DNA of 64,000 bases from an uncultured Actinomycetota bacterium (lineage in GTDB: Bacteria > Actinomycetota > Actinomycetes > Mycobacteriales > Mycobacteriaceae): assembly GCA_963808375.1 (NCBI GenBank), contig CAWEFS010000008.1, positions 16,116-80,115 on the forward strand. Direction: 5' to 3'. Under the pieces are notes generated by a model. That model had not been told where the DNA came from. It made no database searches and was given only the letters and a program-made list of their open reading frames with translations. The position numbers and the translations under genes are program-made. Shown one piece after another: positions 1 through 7,747 of the stretch (positions are counted from its first letter, which is position 1; each line of letters begins with the position of its first letter).

Positions 1-474
1 AGTGATTTCGGCGAGCGCCTCCTCGCACTGAACTTTCTGCTCGGAGTAATAGTGCTCCGGCGAGCCACGTGGCGGCATGTTCTCGGTCAGCGGAACAGGA
101 TTATCTGCGTGGTAGCCGTATGCCGCCACTGAGGAGGTGTACACCAGGCGCTTGGCCCGGCCGGCCGCAACCGTCGCCTCGAACACGTTGCGAGTGCCCT
201 GCACATTGATGCGCGCGCTGTCTTCGCGCGATGCGAAGATCACGAAGGCCAGGTGAATGACGACGTCGGCGTCCGCAACAAGCGCATCGACCGCGTTGCG
301 GTCGAGGATGTCGCCTTGCCGGTAAGTAGTCTTCATCCAGCCGCATGCCGAGGCGTCAAACGGTCGGCGGGCCATTCCGATGATCTCGTCTACCGCCGGC
401 TCGCACTCGAGTGCTGTCACCGCCGAGATACCGATGTCGCCGGTGGGGCCAGTAACGGCCACGGTCAATCCCAC
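1..474 (-). CDS. NAD-dependent epimerase/dehydratase family protein (N-terminal part only; gene runs off window start)
   Basis: Not in ORF track because it has no stop in the window. Hand translation of the minus strand from GTG at 474 gives VGLTVAVTGPTGDIGISAV...DVVIHLAF...RLVYTSSVAAYGYH. This shows a Rossmann GxxGxxG plus extended-SDR features. Confidence 0.6.
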   Translation of the reverse strand, partial: MGLTVAVTGPTGDIGISAVTALECEPAVDEIIGMARRPFDASACGWMKTTYRQGDILDRNAVDALVADADVVIHLAFVIFASREDSARINVQGTRNVFEATVAAGRAKRLVYTSSVAAYGYHADNPVPLTENMPPRGSPEHYYSEQKVQCEEALAEIT

Positions 475-581
475 CTTCTCCAGCTACCCATGCCGGCGCT
501 GGCACCAAACGGCCGAAACGACACTGGAAGGCGGCGCGCCTCGCGGGTTGCCACCATCACCCGGCGGAAGCCGCAGCCGTG

Positions 582-1430
582 TCAATCTCGCGCGCTCCCA
601 CCCGCGCGGCGTCGTACCCTGGCGAGCACGTCGTCGGCGGCGCGGAACTGCACACGGCGTACCCGCCCGGCCTCGACAGTGAAGTCGAAGGCGACCTTGA
701 TCTCGCCGCGGTGGATCCAGGCGGCGCCCGGACGATCGTCAACGAATACCGGGAAGGCAGCCGCGGCAGCGCCGTTGAAGAAGCTGGCCACCTCATCGGG
801 GCCCTCCAGGCGCGTCGGCGTGCCGAGCACGCTCGCGGCCGCGTCGGCGGAGACCACCGCGTCGGGAGCGAGCAGCTCCAGCAGCCGTGTGAAGTTACCC
901 TCGTGGGCCGCGGCCATGAAGGCGTCCACGATCTCCCAGTCGGCGAGGGCATCCTCGAGCGTGGCCGGGCGCACCTTGGCGCGAGCCCGAGAGGCCAGCT
1001 TGCGCGCCGCGACCGGCGTCGTGTCGAGCATCGAGGCGATCAACTCGAAGTCAACACCGAAGCTGTCGTGCAACACAAAGGTCACCCGCTCGGCGGGCGT
1101 TAGGCGGTCGAGCACGACCTGCAGCGCGATGCCGACGGTATCTGCCAGCACCACTTCATCGGCCGGGTCGGGTGCCGTCGCCTCGGCCTCGATCGATTCC
1201 GTCGGCAGCGGCGCACGCGCCCGCAGCCGGTCGAGGCACAGCCGCGAGGTCACCCTGGTCAGCCAGCCCGGCAAGTTGTCGATTGGCTCGTCGGTGGCGT
1301 GCAGCCGGAGCCACGCCTGCTGCACGGCGTCCTGGGCCGCGTCGGCGTCGCCCAAAATTCGCGCAGCGATGCGCTGTAGGCGGGGACGCTCGGCCTCGAA
1401 GCCGTCGCGGAGCTGATCGTCGCTCACCAT
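582..1430 (-). CDS. ECF (sigma-70 family) RNA polymerase sigma factor with fused C-terminal SnoaL-like domain
   Basis: Part of ORF 582..1718. Start trimmed to the internal ATG (MVSDDQLRDGFEAERPRLQRIAARILGD...). Sigma region 2 (DAVQQAWLRL) and region 4 (LTPAERVTFVLHDSFGVDFELIASML) are followed by about 120 aa of NTF2/SnoaL-like tail. Confidence 0.8.
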   Translation of the reverse strand: MVSDDQLRDGFEAERPRLQRIAARILGDADAAQDAVQQAWLRLHATDEPIDNLPGWLTRVTSRLCLDRLRARAPLPTESIEAEATAPDPADEVVLADTVGIALQVVLDRLTPAERVTFVLHDSFGVDFELIASMLDTTPVAARKLASRARAKVRPATLEDALADWEIVDAFMAAAHEGNFTRLLELLAPDAVVSADAAASVLGTPTRLEGPDEVASFFNGAAAAAFPVFVDDRPGAAWIHRGEIKVAFDFTVEAGRVRRVQFRAADDVLARVRRRAGGSARD

Positions 1431-1512
1431 GGCGGTCACACTTTCATCGTCGGGTGCGTCACCACTCTGACGCACCCGGACCGCCCGGTGTGACCGAGGA
1501 GGAGGACGCTTC

Positions 1513-1749
1513 GTGAAGACCATGACCTGCAAGGACCTCGGTGGCCCCTGCGATCTCGCGCACCGCGGGGAGAGCGCCGACGAGATCATTAAGGCACAGG
1601 ACCAACACCTCAAAGAACTCGTGAAGGCCGGCGATGACGCCCACGTGCCCGCCCGCGACGACATGAAGGGCCGCTGGCGCCACCCGATGAAGTCGATGAG
1701 CTGGTACAACGGCGTCAAGAAGCGGTTCGCCGAGCTGCCGGAGAGATGA
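1513..1749 (+). CDS. DUF1059 family small protein
   Basis: ORF 1513..1749. MKTMTCKDLGGPCDLAHRGESADEII matches the DUF1059 N-terminal pattern. A GGAGGAGGA Shine-Dalgarno lies 6 nt upstream of the GTG. Confidence 0.7.
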   Translation: MKTMTCKDLGGPCDLAHRGESADEIIKAQDQHLKELVKAGDDAHVPARDDMKGRWRHPMKSMSWYNGVKKRFAELPER

Positions 1750-1787
1750 CGCTCAGGTTGCGCTGTTCGCTATCTGGTACTTCATGA

Positions 1788-2207
1788 AGCCTCGAAGTTT
1801 CCCAGCCTCCGTGGGGAGATCCGCAGCGGCGGCGCAGCGAAATCGCGAACATCCAATTGGATTACTCCGACGTGGTCACCTTCCACTGCTATGACGAACC
1901 GGCAGGCTTCGAGGCCCGGATCGCCGAACTGTCCTCATTGGGGAGGCCGATCCTCTGCACCGAGTACCTGGCTCGGACGCTGGGCAGTACCGTTGAAGGG
2001 GTCCTGCCAGTTGCTAAGCGGCACAAGGTTGGTGCGATCAATTGGGGTTTGGTCGCGGGTAAGACCCAGACCTACTTTCCATGGGACTCCTGGGATCACC
2101 CGTACACGACAGCTCCGAAGCTCTGGTTTCAAGACGTGGTCCATCCCGATGGACAGCCCTACCGGGACACCGAAATGCAAACGATTAGCAAGCTGACCAA
2201 GCTCTGA
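1788..2207 (+). pseudogene. C-terminal remnant of a glycoside hydrolase (TIM-barrel xylanase/cellulase-like) gene
   Basis: ORF 1857..2207 (DYSDVVTFHCYD...GRPILCTEYLAR...VGAINWGLVAGKTQTYFPWDSW) resembles only the last ~115 aa of ~350-400 aa hydrolases. There is an in-frame stop at 1785. There is no room for the N-terminal two-thirds. The patch is low in GC. Confidence 0.55.
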
Positions 2208-2449
2208 TGTCACCGCGATGACCGCTTGATATTGCTGTTCAGCCCGGCTTAACTCCGTCGTCTAGCGAGTTTCGAGGATCAGCCGAAACCGCTTTAAGGA
2301 TCAACCGAAACACTGTCGGCCATCGGTGCAGATCCGCATTTCAGGACGTTTAGCGAACAGGTGTTCACGGGTAGCCGTGCGGCTGAGGGTGTCGGCGGTA
2401 CCGACTTGGCGCGGTAGCCGTCGCGCCGACCACCTGACGGGGAAGACGG

Positions 2450-3811
2450 TTGACGATGAGTGACAACTTAGCTGCAGCTCAAGGGGCGCCAGGTGTGCCC
2501 CATGTTGTGCCCCATGAGGAGCTTCGCCGTGACGAACCGCTGCGGGCGCCCGAGGAGGACCCGTTCTATCAACCACCGCCGGGCTTTCAGCACGCCCGCC
2601 CCGGTGATCTGCTGCGCTCGCGCGACGTTGAGCTGGGATTTCTCGGCGTGATCCCGCAGCGGGTGCGGGCCACCCAGCTGCTTTATCGCAGCACCAACCT
2701 GCACGGGGAGCCCGAGGTCGCGGTGACTACCGTTCTGCTGCCCGACCAACCCCATACCGGACGCGTGTGCCCGCTGTTGTCGTATCAATGCGCGATAGAT
2801 GCGGTGGCCTCCCGATGCTTTCCCTCACACGCCCTGCGCCGCGGCGCGAAGCCGATCGGCGCTTTCGTGCAGTCCGAGTACCTGCTGGTCGCGGCCGCGC
2901 TGGCGGAGGGGTGGGCGGTATCGGTACCTGACCACGAAGGATGCCGCGGTATGTGGGGCGCACCACATGAGCCTGGCTTCCGAATTCTCGACGGTGTACG
3001 CGCGGCGTTGCATAGCGACCGTTTGGGCTTGTCGCCCTCAGCTCCCGTCGCACTGTGGGGCTATTCCGGCGGCGGACTCGCCTCGGCGTGGGCCGCTGAA
3101 CACAGCGCCGATTACGCCCCGGATCTCAACGTCGTCGGCGCGGTGCTCGGCTCACCGGTCGGTGACTGCGGCAGCGTCGCACGCCGCCTCAACGGCACCT
3201 TCTTCGCCGGCCTGGCCGCCCTAATGATCGCGGCGTTGACGCACGTCTTTCCCGGCGCGCAACGCGTCGTCGACGAGCACGCCAGTGACGCGGGCAAGAA
3301 ATTGCTCGACGACCTGCACTCGATGACAACGGCGCAGGCCGTCTGGCGTCTGCGCGGCATGGACATCGGGAAGTACGTCGACATGTCTGCCGATGAGCTC
3401 TGGGACCTGCCCGAGGTGCGAGACGTCTTTGATGCCACCAAGCTGGGCCAGTCCACCCCTCGTCCGCCGCTATTGGTCGTGCAGGCGGTGCACGACAGCA
3501 TCATCGGCGTCGAGGCCATCGACAAGCTTGTCGCGTCCTATCAGCAAGCGGGAGCCGCGGTCACATATCACCGGGACCGATTCTGCGGTCACTTGCTGTT
3601 GCATCCACTTTCTGCTCCCATGACGCTGCGATGGCTGCGTGACCGGTTCGCCGAGCGGGACGTAAACAAGGGTCGCTCCCGCACCGAGTGGCCGACGCTG
3701 TTCAACCCCTCGACCTGGTTCGGCATGCTCAAGCTGGGCGTCATCACAGCAAAGGTGATCATCGGGCGGTCCGTCCAGCGACATCGGTTGTCCGACACCG
3801 ATGCACCTTGA
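2450..3811 (+). CDS. Secretory-lipase (LIP) family triacylglycerol lipase
   Basis: ORF 2450..3811 (TTG; ATG alternative at 2456). It has the LIP-family layout with a GYSGGG nucleophile elbow ([15 protein letters not shown]) and conserved SYQCAIDAV...C segments. Confidence 0.75.
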   Translation: MTMSDNLAAAQGAPGVPHVVPHEELRRDEPLRAPEEDPFYQPPPGFQHARPGDLLRSRDVELGFLGVIPQRVRATQLLYRSTNLHGEPEVAVTTVLLPDQPHTGRVCPLLSYQCAIDAVASRCFPSHALRRGAKPIGAFVQSEYLLVAAALAEGWAVSVPDHEGCRGMWGAPHEPGFRILDGVRAALHSDRLGLSPSAPVALWGYSGGGLASAWAAEHSADYAPDLNVVGAVLGSPVGDCGSVARRLNGTFFAGLAALMIAALTHVFPGAQRVVDEHASDAGKKLLDDLHSMTTAQAVWRLRGMDIGKYVDMSADELWDLPEVRDVFDATKLGQSTPRPPLLVVQAVHDSIIGVEAIDKLVASYQQAGAAVTYHRDRFCGHLLLHPLSAPMTLRWLRDRFAERDVNKGRSRTEWPTLFNPSTWFGMLKLGVITAKVIIGRSVQRHRLSDTDAP

Positions 3812-3955
3812 ACGAAACAGCGAAAACCCGCTTACCTCTGCGAATTAGCTTCCGAGCACATGCGGGCGAGAATGTGATCTCGGTGGCAGCAGTTGTGTCG
3901 CAGCCATACCGCGTCGATCGGCCACACCCGCGGGTGGGTGGCCGGGCGAATCCGG

Positions 3956-4029
3956 TGGCCAGGGCCGGGATCGAACCGGCGACCTTCCGCTTTTCAGGCG
4001 GACGCTCGTACCGACTGAGCTACCTGGCC
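3956..4029 (-). tRNA. pheU: tRNA-Phe (GAA)
   Basis: Reverse complement GGCCAGGTAGCTCAGTCGGTA...CCTGAAAAGCGG...GGTTCGATCCCGGCCCTGGCCA folds as a cloverleaf. Anticodon loop is CTGAAAA. Only CC of the CCA tail is encoded. Confidence 0.9.
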
Positions 4030-4055
4030 GTGGGGCAGCGTGTGCCTCGCCGTAC

Positions 4056-4132
4056 TGGCGACCCTGACGGGACTCGAACCCGCGACCTCCGCCGTGACAG
4101 GGCGGCGCGCTAACCAACTGCGCCACAGGGCC
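4056..4132 (-). tRNA. aspT: tRNA-Asp (GTC)
   Basis: Reverse complement GGCCCTGTGGCGCAGTTGGTTAGCGC...CCTGTCACGGCGG...GGTTCGAGTCCCGTCAGGGTCGCCA. Anticodon loop is CTGTCAC. CCA is encoded. Confidence 0.9.
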
Positions 4133-4170
4133 TCGCTGTGAACCACCTGCTCCACGTCGCCGCGTCGCAG

Positions 4171-4243
4171 TACCCCCTACGGGATTCGAACCCGCGCTAC
4201 CGCCTTGAAAGGGCGGCGTCCTAGGCCGCTAGACGAAGGGGGC
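4171..4243 (-). tRNA. gluT: tRNA-Glu (TTC)
   Basis: Reverse complement GCCCCCTTCGTCTAGCGGCCTAGGACGCCGCCCTTTCAAGGCGG...GGGTTCGAATCCCGTAGGGGGTA. Anticodon loop is CTTTCAA. Confidence 0.88.
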
Positions 4244-4365
4244 CAGAACCGAATCTCTCCGGGGTACTCACAACGCGTTGCACTGGGAGCCACGTCAGCT
4301 TAGGGCACCGCAGACCCAATCCTCAAACGCACACCGCTGACGCCGCCAAGTATCCTATCCGTCGC

Positions 4366-4441
4366 GCCCCTATAGCTCAGTTGGTAGAGCTACGGACTTT
4401 TAATCCGCAGGTCCTAGGTTCGAGTCCTAGTGGGGGCACCA
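4366..4441 (+). tRNA. lysT: tRNA-Lys (TTT)
   Basis: GCCCCTATAGCTCAGTTGGTAGAGCTACGGACTTTTAATCCGCAGGTCCTAGGTTCGAGTCCTAGTGGGGGCACCA. Anticodon loop is CTTTTAA. CCA is encoded. Confidence 0.9.
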
Positions 4442-4502
4442 CCAGGGAGCCGACCGCAACGTCCCCTTGCCTCGCGCACGGTTCCTCGGGTACTCCGGGC
4501 CT

Positions 4503-5612
4503 ATGAAAGGCATGTCACGGCGGTCATTCACGCGGCTGGCGGCAGGGCTCGGCGCGCTGGGCACGACGGGCGCGGTAAGCGGCCTCGCGGCGGCGTGCAG
4601 CCACAAACCGGCCTCTTCACCCCCGGCGGCGCCGCCGCCGTCATCCTCGGGGCCCGCTGTCGGGTACGTGCTGTCTCACGAGGAGTTCACCACCGCCCAA
4701 CTGGTCGACCAGGCGGTGGCCGCCGAGCGGGCCGGGTTTCGGTATCTGTGGACCAGTGACCACATCCAGCCCTGGCAGGACAACGAAGGCCATTCGATGT
4801 TCCCCTGGATCACGCTGGCTCTGGTCGGCCAACGCACCGACCACATCCCGTTCGGCACCGGCGTGACCTGCCCTACCTACCGCTATCACCCCACGGTGGT
4901 CGCCCAGGCGTTCGCCTCGCTGGCGAGCTTGTATCCGGGACGGGTCTTCCTCGGCGTGGGCACCGGTGAGCGCCTCAACGAGCAGGCCGCGACCACCCAG
5001 TTCGGGTCCTACCGGGAACGCCACGACCGCTTGGCAGAAGCCATCGACCTCATCCGCCAATTATGGTGCGGTCAGCGAACCTCATTTCAGGGCCGGTACT
5101 TTCAGACCAACCAGCTCAAGCTCTACGACCCGCCGCCGTCGCCACCGCAAATCTTCGTTGCCGCGGGCGGCCCCAAGAGCGCACACCTGGCCGGACAGTA
5201 CGGGGACGGCTGGATCACCCAGGCGCACGACGTCACCAACAAGCAGCTGCTCGACGCGTTTCACCAAGGCGCGCAACAGTCCAACCGGGACCCCGCCACG
5301 CTGGGCAAGCGCGCGGAGATGTTCGCCGTCGTCGGCGACACGAACGAAATCAACCATGCCGCCGAGCAATGGCGTTTCACCGCCGGCGCCGTCGACCAGC
5401 CCAATCCCGTCGACATCCAGCGTGCCGCGCAAGCCAATCCACTGGACAAGGTGATCAGCGGGTGGGCCACCGGCACCGACCCCGCGAGCCACATCACCAA
5501 GGTGCAAACGGTTCTCGACGCCGGCGCCACGCCGTTCGTGCACTTCCCGCAGCAGGATCCGACGACGGCGATCGAGTTCTATCGCGCCAAAGTTCTGCCA
5601 CGCCTGCACTGA
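4503..5612 (+). CDS. Tat-exported lipoprotein, LLM-class F420-dependent dehydrogenase (FGD2-like family)
   Basis: ORF 4467..5612 trimmed to ATG 4503. It has a twin-arginine motif MSRRSFTRLAAGLGALG and a lipobox LAAAC. A luciferase-like monooxygenase fold follows (YLWTSDHIQPW, GVGTGERLNE). Confidence 0.75.
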   Translation: MKGMSRRSFTRLAAGLGALGTTGAVSGLAAACSHKPASSPPAAPPPSSSGPAVGYVLSHEEFTTAQLVDQAVAAERAGFRYLWTSDHIQPWQDNEGHSMFPWITLALVGQRTDHIPFGTGVTCPTYRYHPTVVAQAFASLASLYPGRVFLGVGTGERLNEQAATTQFGSYRERHDRLAEAIDLIRQLWCGQRTSFQGRYFQTNQLKLYDPPPSPPQIFVAAGGPKSAHLAGQYGDGWITQAHDVTNKQLLDAFHQGAQQSNRDPATLGKRAEMFAVVGDTNEINHAAEQWRFTAGAVDQPNPVDIQRAAQANPLDKVISGWATGTDPASHITKVQTVLDAGATPFVHFPQQDPTTAIEFYRAKVLPRLH

Positions 5613-5617
5613 CCGAG

Positions 5618-6526
5618 CTAGCGCAGCAGCGCGGCCTGGAGGTAGGTCATGTCGGCGAAAGCCGCGGCGACTTCGTCGTCGGGGTAGTCGAATCCGTTGT
5701 TGGCGTGCAGTTCTGCGGCGGTGTGCGGCGACACCTGCCAGCCGTGCCCGGTCAGGTAGTCGATGATGTGGCCGCGCTCGAAGTGGTACACGAGTTCGTT
5801 GAAGTCCACGACGCCGAAGCCGAGCTCGCTCATTCGCTCGTGATGCGCGCGGTACCACTCGTCAGCGAATATGCTTGTGTCAGGGACGAATTCGCAGGCG
5901 AGTTGGCTGGCCGGCACGCTCATGGCGGTGATGTTGTCGAACAGCTTGTCATGGGCTTCGGGTGGCAGATAAACGACCAGCCCCTCGGCGGTCCACGCCG
6001 TCGGGGCGTTGCGGTCGAATCCAACGTCACGCAGGGCCGCCGGCCAGTCGTCGCGCAGATCCACCGCAACGATCCGGTGCTCGGCAGTCGGCTTGGCACC
6101 CAACTCGCTGAGCGTCGCGGTTTTGAACTCGATGACCTCCGGCAGGTCAACCTCGTAGACGACGGTTGCGTCCGGCCACGGCAAGCGGTAGGCCCGCGCG
6201 TCGAGGCCGGACGCCAAGATGACGGCCTGTCGGATACCGGCGCGTGTCGCGTCGAGGAAGAACCGGTCGTAGAAGCGAGTGCGCACCGCCATGCCGCGCG
6301 CCATACGGTTCGGGTCGAACTCGTGTCCCTGGGTCACCGGAATCTTGCCGTCCACCAGCCGGGTGTACACGTTGATGCCGACCGCCCGCACCAGCGGAGC
6401 GGCGTAAGGGTCGTCGATCAGCGGTTCGGGTCCCGCGGCGGCCAGGGCGCGCTGGGCGGCGACCATCGTTGCGGTCGCCCCGACACTCGTCGCCAGATTC
6501 CAGCTGTCACTGTCGGACCGCGCCAT
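5618..6526 (-). CDS. Class I SAM-dependent O-methyltransferase (mycobacterial Omt/TIGR00027-like family)
   Basis: ORF 5618..6874 trimmed to the internal ATG ([27 protein letters not shown]...). It contains [14 protein letters not shown] and [11 protein letters not shown] motifs. AGGAG Shine-Dalgarno upstream. Confidence 0.8.
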   Translation of the reverse strand: MARSDSDSWNLATSVGATATMVAAQRALAAAGPEPLIDDPYAAPLVRAVGINVYTRLVDGKIPVTQGHEFDPNRMARGMAVRTRFYDRFFLDATRAGIRQAVILASGLDARAYRLPWPDATVVYEVDLPEVIEFKTATLSELGAKPTAEHRIVAVDLRDDWPAALRDVGFDRNAPTAWTAEGLVVYLPPEAHDKLFDNITAMSVPASQLACEFVPDTSIFADEWYRAHHERMSELGFGVVDFNELVYHFERGHIIDYLTGHGWQVSPHTAAELHANNGFDYPDDEVAAAFADMTYLQAALLR

Positions 6527-6603
6527 CGCAGCTCCTATCTCGAGGTCTGCAAATAATATAGGTCCGCTACTTATCAGCGTATTTCCGGCGAGGAGGACCT
6601 GGG

Positions 6604-7101
6604 ATGGACTTCGCGCAGCGGACCATTGAGCTGGCCCGCCAAAACGTCGCCGACGGTGGCAGGCCGTTCGCGACGGTGATCGTCCGGAACGGTGAGATAC
6701 TGGCCGAGAGTGCCAATCGTGTTGCGCAAAGCAACGATCCAACGGCGCACGCCGAAGTTCTCGCCATCCGTGCGGCCTGCATCCAACTCGGCACTGAGCA
6801 CCTGACCGGCACCACCATCTATGTGCTGGCCCACCCGTGCCCAATGTGCCTGGGCGCGCTGTACTACTGCTCACCCGATCAAGTCATCTTCCTGACCTCG
6901 CGCGAAACCTATGAGCAGTACTACGTCGACGACCGCAAGTACTTCGAGCTGGCCACGTTCTACGCCGAGTTCGGTAAGAACTGGGACGAGCGGCGTCTGC
7001 CCATGCGCTATCAGCCACAAGAAGCCGCGGTCGAGGTGTACCGGTTCTGGCAGGAGCGCAACGGCGGCGAACGCCGCGCTACCTGTGCTGGTGTCCGGTG
7101 A
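6604..7101 (+). CDS. CMP/dCMP-type zinc deaminase (guanine/nucleoside deaminase-like)
   Basis: ORF 6604..7101. Zinc-binding motifs HAE (TAHAEVLAI) and PCPMC are present. GAGGAGGA Shine-Dalgarno upstream. Confidence 0.8.
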   Translation: MDFAQRTIELARQNVADGGRPFATVIVRNGEILAESANRVAQSNDPTAHAEVLAIRAACIQLGTEHLTGTTIYVLAHPCPMCLGALYYCSPDQVIFLTSRETYEQYYVDDRKYFELATFYAEFGKNWDERRLPMRYQPQEAAVEVYRFWQERNGGERRATCAGVR

Positions 7102-7128
7102 GTGTCGCACACCCTACCTCGCCTCTGC

Positions 7129-7134
7129 TACTAT
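7129..7134 (+). promoter_or_regulatory. Candidate -10 hexamer TACTAT, 6 nt upstream of kmtR ATG (leaderless signature)
   Basis: TACTAT-ctgcgt-ATG. No Shine-Dalgarno in the 39-nt gap after the deaminase stop. Confidence 0.35.
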
Positions 7135-7140
7135 CTGCGT

Positions 7141-7521
7141 ATGCATGCAGGTTCGAAGGAAGGCTTGCCGGCCGACCAGGCCAACTTGGTCGTAGAAGTG
7201 TTCCGCATGCTGGCCGACGCCACCCGCGTGCAGGTGCTGTGGGCCCTGACCGACCGGGAACGGTCGGTCAATGAATTGGCCGAGCATGTCGGCAAACCGG
7301 CACCGTCGGTCTCGCAGCACCTGGCCAAGCTGCGGATGGCGCGCCTGGTGCGCACCCGTCGGGACGGCACCACCGTCTTCTACCGACTGGAGAACGACCA
7401 TGTGCGCCGGCTGGTTACCGACGCGGTGTTCAACGCCGAACACGCAGGTCCCGGCGTCCCGCGGCACCACCGCGCCGATGAGCGGTTGCACGTGGTCGCC
7501 GAACATCCACAACCGACATAA
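7141..7521 (+). CDS. kmtR: ArsR/SmtB-family Ni(II)/Co(II)-responsive repressor KmtR
   Basis: ORF 7102..7521 trimmed to ATG 7141. Winged-HTH ADATRVQVLWAL...SVNELAEHVGKPAPSVSQHLAKLR. Residues H87, E100, H101, H109 and H110 line up, offset by one, with the KmtR ligand set remembered for M. tuberculosis (H88/E101/H102/H110/H111). Confidence 0.75.
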   Translation: MHAGSKEGLPADQANLVVEVFRMLADATRVQVLWALTDRERSVNELAEHVGKPAPSVSQHLAKLRMARLVRTRRDGTTVFYRLENDHVRRLVTDAVFNAEHAGPGVPRHHRADERLHVVAEHPQPT

Positions 7522-7533
7522 CCGGAGGTCACC

Positions 7534-7737
7534 ATGACGGAGCAGCACACTCACTCAACGCCGCACTCTCACGAACACCGGCACGGCGAGACCACACACT
7601 CCCATGCCCACACGTCACATGAGCACGAGCACATCGAGCACGAGCATCCGCACACCCACGACGGCGGGACTGAGCACACCCACCCCCATGTGCACCAAGC
7701 CGGATTAGAGGATGCCCACCTGCACAGCCACGCCTAG
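7534..7737 (+). CDS. Histidine-rich small protein (putative metal-binding)
   Basis: ORF 7534..7737, 67 aa with 23 His in HxH/HEH repeats. A GGAGG Shine-Dalgarno sits in the 12-nt gap after the kmtR stop. Codon third positions are strongly C/G. Confidence 0.7.
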   Translation: MTEQHTHSTPHSHEHRHGETTHSHAHTSHEHEHIEHEHPHTHDGGTEHTHPHVHQAGLEDAHLHSHA

Positions 7738-7747
7738 GCGCTGCCCA

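Noticed and set aside
475-581. ECF41 target promoter TGTCACA-n16-CGTC upstream of the epimerase gene
   Set aside because: Only partial look-alikes (TGACACG, TGTCGTT), and no CGTC at the required spacing. Not reported as a feature.
253-1416. 387-aa ORF on the plus strand (also 579..1103 and 380..682)
   Set aside because: Antisense to the well-supported ECF sigma gene. Ala/Ser/Arg-rich low-complexity translation with no recognisable motif. Typical shadow ORF of GC-rich DNA.
2276-2311. Interpretation of the 22-bp-phased repeats as GlnR boxes (gTnAc-n6-GaAAc type)
   Set aside because: The GAAAC b-site-like pentamers are present with the right 22-nt period. However, the expected a-site pentamer 6 nt upstream does not fit (GAGGA and AAGGA instead of gTnAc). 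No specific regulator is assigned.
3812-3955. Rho-independent terminator after tRNA-Phe or the lipase gene
   Set aside because: Only an imperfect GC hairpin with bulges (GGCCACACCC...GGGTGGGTGGCC) and no T-tract. Not convincing.
7122-7160. Possible KmtR operator CTGCGTATGCATGCAG spanning the kmtR start
   Set aside because: The dyad is imperfect (only the outer CTGC/GCAG and central ATGCAT pair), and I do not remember the experimentally defined KmtR site well enough to match it.
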